From Gnetum montanum (lineage: Eukaryota > Plantae > Gnetophyta): a DNA stretch of 64,000 nucleotides. Position 1 is the first letter of the stretch, and each line of letters starts with the position of its first letter. A program made the translations under genes and the position numbers. Positions 1 through 13,275 of this stretch are shown in pieces. The notes below the pieces were generated by a model, which was given only the letters and a program-made list of their open reading frames with translations, was not told the DNA's origin and searched no databases. The stretch lies in the NCBI GenBank assembly GCA_015680685.1, contig MNCI01000556.1, positions 248,001 through 312,000 of the forward strand, in the 5' to 3' direction.

Positions 1-3000
1 CCTTGTGGCATCTCCTAAGTGAGAAGGTAAGTGAGAATACCCTTATACCATTTTGTTTCTATGGGAACTTGGTCATTTATTGCTCTTGTAGAGAGGAGTT
101 CATCTAGAAACTAATCAAAGAGCAAGATCTCCTTTCCTTTATTATCCCATCTTAATCATGAGAGGTGGTCAATGATCACATTCTCAAACCCTTTCCAATC
201 TACAATTGAGAAATCATATTTTTGCAAGATCATGAGCCACCATATGATACAGGAGCTTACCATCGACTTGTTCATCAAGAAGTGGATGGCACTATGATCT
301 ATGTGCACAAATATTTTATAACCAAGTACATACTACCTAAACTTTTCAAGAGCATACATCAATGCCATTAATTCTTTCTCTATTATGGTGTAATTCAACT
401 ATGCCCCCACTATGCTTCAACTTGCATAATGAATGTAATATGGACATTTCTTCTCATCCAATTGTGTAAGCACTACTATCAAAGCATAATTAGATGCATC
501 CATCATTATGTAAAATGGTTTGAACCAATCTAGTACCCATACAATTGGAGTTTCTATGAGTTTGTCCTTTAATTGTTGGAATGCATGTTTACATTTCTTA
601 ATCCATATCAACAGAGCATCTTTCTTCATAAGCTCTACCAACAACTTTGCAATATTAGATAAATTCTCTATGAATTGTTAGTGGTAGCCAATATATCCAA
701 TGAAAGATTAGACATTTTTAACTATCTCTAGTTGGCATGTGATTCCTTGGATGACCCTTATTTTTTTTTTAGGTCTACCTCAATCCCTGCCTAAGTAATT
801 TTTTTCCCTAGTACTATGCCTTCCTAGACCATTAAATGGCTTTTCTACTAATTGTGCCTAAGGTTTATTTTGAAACATATTTTCAATACCTACTTAATTC
901 AGTACAAGGCTTGCTCAAATGTAGCACCATAGGTAGAGAAGTCATCCATAAATACTTCTACCCCGCTACTAGTTTTCTATTGGAAAATACTAAGGACTAG
1001 GCATTGAAATGCTACAAAGGCATTACATAGACCGAACATCATCTTACAATATGCAAAAGTCCCTCATGAACTCATGAATGTAGTCGTAGCTTGATCTTCT
1101 AGCACAATTTGGATTTGGTTATAGGCACTATAACCATTCAAGAAGCTACAATAGCAATGCCCAAAGATATTTTCCAACACTTAGTCCACAAATGGTAATG
1201 AAAAATGATCTTTAAATGTTTCCATATTCAATAGCTTGAAGCCGATGTAGACCTGCCACTTACCACCTTTTTGGCATAAGTACAAGTGGGCTAATCCACT
1301 CACTATCTGCAGTTGGGTAGATGAACCCAGCCTTGAGGAGTTGTTCTATTTCCCTCTTGATGATTTGTTTCAATTTGGGGTTTCACTACCTCTATGGCTA
1401 CCTTCTTGGCTTCATGGTTAGGTTGGTGTAGATGCAATGCTAGCATATCCTTGGATCAATTCCTGTCAGCTCAAAATATGACCAATCAAAGGCTATTGGC
1501 CATTTTTTAACCACCTGTAATAGCTTCTCTTTTTATTCAAGAGTAATTTTGGCATTGATTATGACCAGCTTGCCATCATTTAAAAATGCACACTCCATGC
1601 CAGTCAGTAGAGTTTTTAACTTTAGGGGTTCTTGTTTGAAATTATTAGGGATTTCCAATTCTCCCCAATAGGTATCATCATCTTCATCATTGGAGAGTTG
1701 GTGATGAACTTGCTCAAGTTCATTCATGCCTTTGAAATAAGCATATGTCAGGCTCTCAATTAGTTCCATACATAATGTGCTACTATCAAAGTTAGCTATC
1801 AACCACTAGGTGCCCTCCTAATTTGTGCTACTACATATAGACACCTTTGAATTTCTATGTCTTATGCACACTGATTGCTTACTTTAATGTATGTATTTTT
1901 GATGGACCAAATTTTCTACATGCAATTGCACCCATTATCAGTATATGCAATGCATGAAACACACTTCTTCTCTAGCCTTCCAAATTCATTTTCCTTGGAG
2001 ATTTTTAAGGAAATGTCTCTTATGCCCATTTGCACATCCATTGTGCTTAATCATGTCCTTTCCATAATGATGGGGATGTTACCTTTGTAGCTTTCAACCT
2101 TGGTCACTAGAAAATTAATTGGATAGGACCATCCAATAACTATGGTACAATGTCCTCCACTAATCCCAAAGGAACAATGATTAACTAATTTTCCAATTCT
2201 AGATGAATGTTACTCTTCTTAAGAGGTAGTAGGTTCTAGGCTTTGTACATATCATGGGAGGTGAGATTAACACAAGAACCAAGATCAAGAAGGGCATAGA
2301 ATCACTCATGTCCAATGATCTTTTCATGGGAGGATTACTAGCCTTAATCTAATAAAAAATATCATGAGTTAACATCATAGTGTGAATCCAAGGCTGTGTT
2401 TGGTTTGAAGGGAACCTGAATGTATTTGATGTAGAGGATGAGGATGTTGGAGATACAAGATGACTAGCTACATTAGGTTATGAGCGTTTTGAAGGACTGT
2501 TGGATTAGAAAAATTATTATTTCCTAGATAAATTATCTGAACCACTCAGCTAGAAAGTTGGTTGTGAATGTATAGCCCTTGTAGCATTTTTTTGCTATGG
2601 CTATGAAGGAATTTCATCCTACATGAATCAAATAGGAGGTAATTGGGTTGAGAGTGGAGGGATGTGTGTAGATAGATGTAGAGGATGGTATGCGTATGGG
2701 TGTTTTCATCAAGTAGATGGTGAATGAGTTCGATGGTACTCTAGAGGGTAATAGTGATGTTGAAATGAGGCATGGCTTGTAGACCTTCTTAGACAAACAG
2801 GTTGCTAAACATAATACCTATATGGGTCTGGTTGCCTATAAGGGTATTGTTGTCTTGGCAGTGGAATTTCCCACAATTTTGGTTGGTTCCACTATTGATA
2901 TTGTTCATATGGTTGTGGTGGAGCTCTCCTTGGATAGTAAGCTTGGTGTTGTTGGTGAAACTACCTTGGATTGCCTTGAGGATAAGGTAATCATTTGGGT

Positions 3001-5900
3001 ACTTACCTTCATTCTAGTGAAGGATTCAACGCATACACACCAGACTCTTGTAAGTGTGATACCATAGAGAAACATCCCTATGGATGTTCATATTGACAAA
3101 TTTTACAACCAATATCATCATCAAAGGCTATCTCCACAACTTCTTCTACTATAGTAACTTTGCCGTTACCTCTCTGGTAGGCACGTTCAGCTTCTTTTTA
3201 CCTCTTGCAGTTATGATCACTATTTTTCTGTTTGGATTCTTTAGCAATCCATATAGTAGCTTGGAACTTTTCATCCAAAGGGTTCCATAATTTATCAACC
3301 TATGCTGAAATATCAAATATAGACTTTTGGATGGGCAAGGTTTTCCTGTTCACCACTTCATCGAGTGGTGACTCCTCCTCGTCATAAAATCATACCTCTC
3401 TTTTTCTGATGGAAGTGTCCCTATTATATTCTTCTAGACTTTTCTTTTTTTACAACTCACCTTATTATTTTGCAACCTATTCTATTAGCCTTTGTATCTA
3501 ATGAGCTCTTAATTTGAATAATCTCCCTTAGGCATAAACCCAAAGAGTTCTTTTGGTTTCTACTCTAAGCACATCTGTGATGTGGCAAAGTTATTCCCTT
3601 TAAGAATAACCATGGCTAGGGTATCGATGTAAGAGAGAGTAGTATCTACCCATGGTGACATCTAAGGATTCATGTGTTTCCTATTTCCAGCCTTGGATTT
3701 GCCTTCTCAAGTTGGACACTCTAGAGTATGTCTAGTATTTATCATTAAATAGTTCAAGCATTGTACTCCATCTACGAAAGGGTTCCAACTCCAAGAACTA
3801 GTACAAACTTTTAGCCTCTTTAATGAGTGTCCTAGGGAATATCTTAAGTTTCTAGTAATCATTTTCAATTTTTTGTAAGGCATAGGCATCATGGAAAGCC
3901 TGTAGATGTGTCTATGGATTAGAGTTATATCCCCCCTCAAATCTTGGAATATTGTTCATCTCTAAGTTTTTGATCCAACTATCTTTCACATGCCTATGTG
4001 GAATCTTAATTGCCTCTACAATGTTAAGCATGCTTCGAATTGCCAATAGAGGCTCATCATCATCATGATTTCATTGTTAATGATGATGTCCTTGGTTATC
4101 CCTTTGATTATTGTGATCATGATGATTAGTATTATTGCTTTAATGCTTACCTCCATCATGGTTGTTCCTTCTACAACGTCTTTCAGAATTAGAAGCAAAT
4201 GTAGATGAAGAGGGGGAAGAGGGAGGAGGACTACCTCCACCATGAAATCTACCAACTTCCCCTTTGGTATCACAACCTCATTCATTATTTTTCATATCAT
4301 TTTAAGGCTTGTTCGATCTCTTGCCTTGACTACCATCTTTCTTTGAACCTGAATTATGGATTGTAGACTGTTGATTCAAGGTTACATCCTCATCACCAGT
4401 AAAAAAGGGTAGAGAACTTTCATGTTGAGAGACTTGAGACAGAGGGCCTCATTGTCATCTTAATTTGGTAGGAACAAGGGATTTATGAACCATTTTCCCT
4501 TAGCATCCTCATGATGCCTCTCCTAATGGCAATCTCTTCTGTGTTGTGTGTGAGTGGGATAATAGTCCTGGAAGTCATAATCTTGCATAACGTACTCCTC
4601 TTGAAGATCATGGATGTCTAACTTCTTAAGTTTTTGAAGCAGCATCATTATCATAGATCGATTGAGGGGCATTACAATGTTGCCCTCCATATGATGCCAT
4701 TGCAGTTGCTCATCCTGATGTAGGATGAAGAGAAAATCTAGTACATACTCATCAGGATGAGTATATACCACTTGCCACTCTTGTGGGACTAGTGATTTTG
4801 TATCATTTTTTCTATGATAAGAAGACATTTTTCAAACAAATAAAGTATTAGTGTGCTTTTTTAGTTATATTATTTAAGAATGATATCGACCTTGGGGGTC
4901 ATCCAATTATATGAATGATATCCACTAAACCTAGATAGTGCATGTTTCAACAAACAGAGTCACCAACAATTAACACCAATGATGAGTAATCAAGGTACCC
5001 CTACACTCAACCATATGAATCACGAAGTGTTCATGCATGATCCAGTTGAATTTCATGGACTCTCTAGTTTCCGGTGCACTAGTTTTCTCGAAAGTGAATC
5101 TTGCCCTAAGGTCATTCATTATCTTTCCAATTACACTTGTGAAGTACAAAGGTATGATTAAGTGTAATTAAGGCATATAATTTTTGTCATTTTATGTTTT
5201 ATGTTCTTTAGTTCTTGAAGAGAGAGATAAAGTAATTTAATGATTAATTTGATCTAACTAACTAGCTAGTCTTAACATAAGCATATGGTCCTACTTTCTG
5301 TACATGTCCTAAATACACATATCCACTACTAGGTTACCAAGCACTATGCTACTAGGTGCACCAAGTAATAACGCTGCTAGGATTACCAAGTGAATATGTG
5401 TTACACTCAAAGCGATTGTACTTATGTATTTGATCTATCTAGCTTATCTCACTTAATTAACTTAATTACTGGAAAACATTAAATAATTAACTAAAATCAT
5501 TAAATGCATGAATAAATATCTAAACCATCAAAAATTCTACAAGGTTTGTTAAGAAGCTCATCTTTATTGTCGTACATACTATTGTGCTCAAGTACAATAA
5601 TGCTCAAATAAATATTTGTACACTTAATGACTCCTACTGTAGGCACTGGGGAAAATATTCTAACTTTCAAATGTAAAAACTAGAAGAGTTCAACTACTAC
5701 TATGAATTGGATGCCCATAAACATAGTTGGGAGCTTTTATTTATAGTTTATGCACTAGGGCTACATCGACGGGGCCCCATCAATGTAGTAAACGCTACAT
5801 CGACGTGGCCCCATCGATGGGGCAACACCACATAAATGGGACCTCATTGATAATGCCATGTTAATAGGGGCCCATCAATGTAACACTTTGACACTCATAA
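1..5900 (-). mobile_element. Decayed Athila-like Ty3/gypsy LTR retrotransposon (copy A): 5' LTR, gag, PR, RT, RNase H; continues beyond the window start
   Basis: Minus-strand remnants include the gag core (KLKIFP..TL) at ~3750-3950, protease ALLDLGSCVNL at ~2270-2300, RT at ~600-1480 and RNase H DASNYA in ORF 417..644. A degenerate PBS at ~4960-4978 abuts an LTR end homologous to copy C. Many stops and frameshifts. Confidence 0.9.
4980..5900 (-). repeat. 5' LTR of copy A
   Basis: 4980 tgatgagtaatcaaggtacccctacactcaacc matches the reverse complement of the copy C LTR end. Minus-strand TATA at ~5737-5746. The outer end is approximate (ctcataa at 5900). Confidence 0.75.
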
Positions 5901-8571
5901 TAGGTTTTTTAACATAAAAACCTCCTCTATTAATCAAACAAATAAAATGGAACAAATATTGATCAAGAATGGTTAAATTTTTGACATTAAAAGAGTTTGA
6001 ATTTGGGATCAAGACATTAACATAATCAAGAAGTTTAAATTTTAAAAAACCTTGATTTCTTTTCTATTATTCCTAAGGATCATAGTGTTGTATCCACTTT
6101 GTCATTTTTCTTTTTTTGTGCATGAGTTAGAGTTCCCGATATATTCTATGACTTTGTTTTAGCTCAAGCCATATTCAGTAGTCTAGATTTACTGTCTTGC
6201 ATTCTCAACAACATTTTTTCTAATGTTCTTATTTAGTATTTATAGAAAATTATGTCTTATGGATGTTTTCCTTCAATGTTTAGTTTTGACTTCTAGTTTT
6301 GTCTCCCACATCGATTCTAACTTCATCTTTTTTAATAGTTTTGCTCAACATCCAATACTAATGTTGCTTTTGATGTTCAACATCATTTTCTACATCAGTT
6401 ATAAATCTGAAGTCTATTTCATCTATACACATCATTTCTCCTACCATAATTTTCTAGAATACTCTATGGATCCTAATGCATGATATCTTCATAATCTACA
6501 AGGCATTAATGACCTATAAATAGGAGGATATCCCTAAATAGAAAGAGATTGGTTGGTTGGTTAGTAGATGTGACATTGGTGATTTGGAAAACTTTTCAAA
6601 GACTCAGCCCCTCTACAAAATAGCTAATTTTCTACCAACTATTAAAAAGCTCTACGTGATTCTTAGCTCCTTAGAGTTTATCTAGTTTTCATCTTTTTCT
6701 GCTAAGACATTGTATCTCATTTTTGGTGTCCTCCTAACACACAAAGAACCTCATTGGATCTAGATTAACACATAGATATGATTCAATGCTCTTTCATCAC
6801 ATATCACTAGTTCCTATTCTATAGTAGTTTTATCAAATCTTCATCAAGCACATACATCAAAGAGAGATAATGTGGTAACACAAATCCTCATCAATCATCC
6901 CTGATTCGTAATGTCATCTCATAGAATTGTTATTACATTCTCCTAGGTTCCTTTTCATGGAAATTCCACTTTTTGTATTTCTACTTGTAAGAAAATAATT
7001 TTTAAAATATTTACCTTTTAATTTATTCCATGTTTCTTTCTCTTTCAATCACATATGCTCTAATTTTCATAGATCTAATTCTACATAATATTTTATTCTC
7101 TGCATTGTATCGTGCATACATTTTTTTCTTAGGATATTTGCATTTGTTTTAATCAACTATTCCATCCATACTTTGTCTTTTATTATTTTCTAGTATTTAG
7201 CAAAAATACTACCATTTGGTGGCCATAGAATTCTTAGCTCATTTTCACCTAGGGCTATGTCAAATCTTGACTTTATGATGATTCTTACCACAACATCTTT
7301 CTTGGTGCTAGAGAGAGGACCTTTAAAAAATTAACATTATTTCTAATATTTTCTCTTTATGATAATTTTTCTAAGTCTAAAAAATGTACCATGTCAAAAT
7401 ACTAATGTCATATCATTTATCCTATGACTTTTACATTTGTCATGGATAGATATTTTTACTTTCTATTATGAGTTCGAACTTGATTGTAGGGAAAATCAAA
7501 GCTCTAGTAATAGCCTTGTGAAGTCATGGTTACTTCTACAATACATTTTCAATTATGACATCATCTTCTAATTCAAGTCTCTTTAAATTTCATAGGTTCA
7601 TTAATCAAAGAAGAAATCATGGATTCTTAAAATGATTAAGCCTAAGGGACTACAAGATAACTTGTGTGAAATGAGAGCTAAGCTACTTGCTCACACTAGA
7701 CATATTTAAGCTCATGGTTAAATATGAGAAAACCAATGATCTTTCTCCTTTTCTCTTTAATCTAGATCATTCAATTGAATTGGATCATAGGGAATCCAAG
7801 GATATTGTACAATTCATCATGGAGTAAGAGAATATATAGAAAAAGATACAATTGTAGATTGAAGAGGCTAGGATGAAGACCATCTTAGACCAACCTCTTT
7901 GTCCTCACATTACTATTAGAGGAAAAGGGGAAAGCATAGCCTTTGAATTAGACATCCATCTAATATATGAAGATTATGAATAATTAGTTGAAGATCTTGA
8001 TAAAACTAACCCTCATAGTTCTTCACTTGAATTTTTTCCCCCTACCATAGGACCACTTAATCTTTCTATGAGATTTGTTCCTCCACCCTATCATTTGTTT
8101 CCTTCTAGCAATGTTAGAAACCCTCATTTCTTTTTCCAATGCTCAAATCCATTTTTAGATCCACATATTCTATTCCTTAACCCTAACCTATCATACATCT
8201 TTTTCAATCCATTCCACTTCCTATTTCAACTACGACACAACTATTTAGCACTTTCCAGTCTACTATTGCATCATCTTTTTTTCTATACTTAACTAATTCT
8301 ATTTCATTAGGAATACTTGATCCTAATGCATTAAAACCCCATTCCATACATACATTTCCCTTTGACATAAATTACCTACCATGGTAGTTCAACCTACCCT
8401 TACTTTCTTGGAATAGATTTGTAGTTGTTAGGATTGCTTAAAGATGTTATGCTTTATGTCCAAGGCGTTGAAGATAAAGCAGCTATGGCATTGGTTATGT
8501 AAGAAAATTATCCAATTTCCTTGGATTGGGTCCAAAGTCATCCTATAAGCTCTACTATTTCCTTGATAGTT

Positions 8572-8765
8572 CTACCCAAGGAAGATTCACTACCATCTTT
8601 TACAAAGTAAAATGACAAAATAGAGGATCCCATGAACCATGTAGCCATGTTTTTGAATGATTGCATACTTCTTATTCGTTACCTTCACATCATGCTGAGA
8701 TGTTTATCTAATTCTCTTTTTGAAAGAGCTTTGAAATGGTATAGATCCTTGCATAATTCCATCCA
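8572..8765 (+). pseudogene. Retrotransposon gag core remnant of a different, heavily decayed gypsy element (probably spanning ~6.0-11.7 kb)
   Basis: Translates LPKEDSLPSFTK*NDKIEDPMNHVAMFLNDC...MLRCLSNSLFERALKWYRSL, the Retrotrans_gag pattern (DP..H, SL...A..WY..L). Confidence 0.75.
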
Positions 8766-11700
8766 AGGCCTTGCATGAAATGCAAGCGATACTTTAATAA
8801 CCCCAAAAACGTTTCCTACTCTATCACAAGAGGGATAAGTCCAACCCAAAGGGCCAACATCTTTGAGAAATTCCCTATATCCATCCATTATTGGGTCTAG
8901 AGACTTGTCTTCCTACATAGATCCATACCTATGCAAGAGGACATGCTCTTCTTCCACAAGTCAAACCAAGTTCCATTTAGAATGGCATCTCAGCATCCAT
9001 TTATCCACTTGATTTTTTTCATCAATTTTGAGGGCTCACTAGGACCACTATCCATCCTGGTGATGGACTTGAAAAACTAGAATCGAGAGAGAACATGCTC
9101 CAAAAGAGCCATGTCTCCACAAGCAACTCAAGCTTTCTAAAGCCCCTGGTCCTACTTCTAGCATCAAGACCCATGGGGTCTCACTGATCTAGCCATTTAT
9201 GTATTGGATCACCACATCTATATCATCCAAATATTTTATTTTGTTTTCCCACATCAACATCTTTTTATGCTAGTAGGAGGAAGTTGAGCATGATCTCCCT
9301 TCAAAACAAAGTTCAAATGCAAATCTCTTAAGTCTGACCTTGTCGTCAACAGACACACCAACATTGTAATCCACATTTCATCAACCAACACTATCCCATA
9401 TTCATTGCAAGTGAGAAGATCCAAAATTGGTTTGGACTACTTCTCCAAGAGGCTATCAAAGCATCCTGATCTATTCTATCATTTGCATCATTAGAGGATG
9501 TCCAACATTGAGAAAACCTACTTGAACACTTGGAAAAGTAGAGGATATGTTGGGCAACCAACCCCAAGACAATCTTGCATACACACCTCTCATGCCACCC
9601 ATTTTCACATGGTCCATCACAACTGCAATGTCCTATTTATGGGGAAGGATCAACTACACTCAGATCTTATAGCTTGTCCTTCCTACTCCAAGAGATGGGG
9701 CAAGCATCACTATATGAATGCTTAGTCCAAGAAAGCATGTAGAATCACCTCCAAGGATGATCATTTCCATGAATTCTCTAAGGAACATCTAGGTTCATAG
9801 AATCTAAATTTTCCTATCATGCTAGGAACAATCACAACTCATGATCAATTCCTTTCATTGGATTTTTGAATTGAAGGGAAAATCCTCTTTCAGAGGTTTC
9901 TTTCATAGGCAAGTACAGCAACCCAACTGCATGGTACCTATGATACATGCCCAAGTAGCCCACGTAGCCAACACAACCATATTATCAAACCACTACTAGT
10001 TGATGGAATACATAGATTCATAGGTCTTACCCACATTCAATTTCACCTCAAGCTCAACTTGACAAGCCAAAGTGTTCATCCCCCATCTTCCATAGAGAGG
10101 AGTTCCATTTCATCATAGAAGATCTAAGTTTTTATTTGATATACACTAGCCTATCCCAATTACAACCATTTTGGTTCATAAGGTGACATCACTACCTATT
10201 ACCATTGGACCTGAATAATGAATGCAAGCATCAACAAGAATAGTTTCCCAAAAGAGAATTAGATCCTCAAGATAATTGGAAAATACAATGAATGGACATC
10301 ACCGAACATCAACTACTAACTCAAAATAATCCATAATTCATTCCCAAAGGGTTTACAATAAGGGAGGTCTATCAAATAGCCCTAACCAGGGAGCCCCTTT
10401 GAAGCCCCAAATTAAGAGTGAGTACATAAGATCACACCTTGCTTACAAGAAGATATATATAAATTTAGACTACATCAACAACATGGCCTCACAATGGAGA
10501 TTCTATGAACTCAATTATGGTAATAATTTCTTGTCTCTGAAAATAAGCCCCAAGAGTTCAAGCACATCAGACTACTAGTTGGAATAAGTTCCAAACATCA
10601 ACTACCTTTGAATCCCAACTATAATAAAACTTGTCTCAATTCAAGCTATATTGATTTATTGGCAACTTAAGAAGCATCCACTAAAATGAAGAATGACCCC
10701 TCATAGGACTATAGAATCACCAAGTAATAGAGTGCTCAGTCATGTCATCCCACCAAAGAGGTTAGGACATTGACATAATCCAACAATACACCATAGTACA
10801 CTAGAGAAATAGGGTGATATAACATAGCCTAAAAAATCACCATAAGCCCTCAATCATGAGAGCCTAGGTTCAAGTGTTTTTCAACAGATATAGGCCCACC
10901 ATGTAGAGACTCCAAGAGAAATCAATGTATGCCTAATTGTAACACCATTTATTCAAGGATGGACCACCATCCCAACGCTTGAAGAAACTACTCCAAAGAC
11001 CACATCCAGTCATGGAAGAAGGAGTCTAGGTGTTGGTCCCAAAACTCAACTCTAACCTATAACTAGTTGTTGGCACATTTTGGCCATTTCATGGAATAGA
11101 GATATGAGATGATTGAAACCTTCAAAATATTTCAATAGAACTATTGAAATGGCAAGATGTAGGTTTCAAAGGTATTGATTCCTATCACTCGCTAAAAAAT
11201 ATTGGATGAGATGGGTTGCATTTATTCTCCCAAATTTTAATTCTTTAGATTATTAATCAAATTGATACTTAGCATGGGAAACAAGCATATGATTTTGCTT
11301 CTCAAAATTCACTAGGTTGGAACTTTTACGTGGCTCAAGTTTGTAGAATTCTTTGATCATTACTTATCCCTACTGAAGATGTTCACCTTCTTCTAGCCCA
11401 TCTCTTTTGTGGATATTCCAGAGGTTTGTCTAACTCTTATTTGGAACATGCTATGAGGTGGATTAGGTATACTAGAGTATTATCCTTAAAGCAACATCAT
11501 TGATTGTCTACATCATCAACTAAAGCATTCCTTGCATGGAGCCCTTAAGGAAGAAAGATAGTGAATAGAAGGTTACAAGAGATAATGTGCCAATGGCGAC
11601 TGAATTGACAAGAAAGGAATCTTTATTGTTAGAAATACTTTCAAGAATTGATCATTTGGATAGAGACTAATAAAAGAAAAATATCCTTATCTTTGATGTT

Positions 11701-12451
11701 TGAAAAGATTCATTGCAAGGAATATGAAACTTAAAAATCATTTGGGGATGATTTTGAAATAGCATGTCAAAATGTTTAGAGTTGTGAAAAATTGTGGAGC
11801 AATGAAACCGCATATACTTTCCCTACTCAAAGCTAACATTCCCAGCAGAGAATGCGCACATTAAAGAAACTAACAACTACAAACTTGTGGAGGATGTGGA
11901 GGTTTCTAGGTTTGAATTTCTACAGGGCAATGTGGGGCTCGCTTGCTGATCTGGCTTTGGTTGGACTCGTGGACACTATTTGTAGCACCGTATGCATACG
12001 TAGGTAAATTTGGTATTGCTACCAACACCATCATTCGATCCATGGGCCACGCAGCTATAATAAGAACTTGTATTTCCCTTTCTGCAATGATGGATTTGTG
12101 GAGGAATACTTGGTGCCTATTGTTGTTGCTATGCACCAATGGTAAAAAAATTGAAGGAGAAGTGCGTGACTAAGGAAACTATGGCACTCCTCTATTTCTA
12201 AAAACTAATTCGAATTGGATAATCATGGGCACTGTTGCAGCCAGAAAAATAGAAGGCAACGCCGACCGTGTCGTCAGTATGGATGTGTGGCAAGGACTCG
12301 ATAGCCAAATCATGGTTGCTTTCAGAAAGAAAAACACAGGAAGCCCTAGGCGAATTTGGGGCAAAAAAATTTTAGGCAATGGAAACCCTAAATCACGTTT
12401 GTCATTTGCTGCTGGAACCAAAGCAATTCTAGCCTGTTCTTTTAGAACCAC

Positions 12452-12778
12452 ATGTTCAGCACGCCATTTTTCCAAGGAAAATCTTCCTCCTCCACTCTCA
12501 GCAACCAAAAATACTACTGTCAACCCCTACTACCCAAAGAATTCATGGACAAAATAGATTATCCTGCACAACCCATGGAAGAAATAAAATTTAGCTACAG
12601 AACACGTCTATTAACAAAGTTCGATCTTTCAGCTTGGCTTGAGTCGAAGCGCAAAGAATCAGTAGTATACATCTCGTTCGGGAGCTTTTCTTGGTGTAGT
12701 AAAGAGCTACTACAGGAATTCACAATGGATTTGATGCAGAGCAAGTAGTCCTTCATTTGGGTTCTCAGGCCAAATGTC
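12452..12778 (+). pseudogene. UDP-glycosyltransferase (family 1 UGT) pseudogene fragment
   Basis: Translates PLLP...DLSAWLESKRKESVVYISFGS...ELLQEFTMDLMQSK*SFIWVLRP, the classic pre-PSPG segment of UGTs. It has an in-frame TAG and no PSPG box follows. Confidence 0.85.
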
Positions 12779-13275
12779 ATGGGCACCTGGGGCTCCACTA
12801 CGGATAGGAGTGCCTTGAGAAATATGAGCAAAAACAGACGAAATTCATATTTCTACATTATGAAGGATTTTTGCCGAATGCTGAGACACTACAACTATGT
12901 AATTTACCTAGCAGAGATGACGGTGCCAAACAGTGGACGTAAGCATGCACCTCTCTGGTGTTTCATGGTAAGAGTAACTACGGTAGTGACGGCTCTTGTG
13001 ATTTCATGTTATTGCAGCAACGATTGGACCACGTGTTGGGTAAGCCAAAATTCACCGATGTGTTCATCCAAGAGTGCTTCACATGACATCCACCTTGTGC
13101 TGAAAACGTGGCATTACAACTCTACTTATGCATTTGGCTGTACCTACGTGCATATATATATTTATATATTAACCCATCCATGTATGCAACAACTCCATGG
13201 TTACTATCTCTATTACTATGATTTAAATAAAATATTTTATGATTTAAAAAGAAAAAGAAATTTATGGGATATTTG

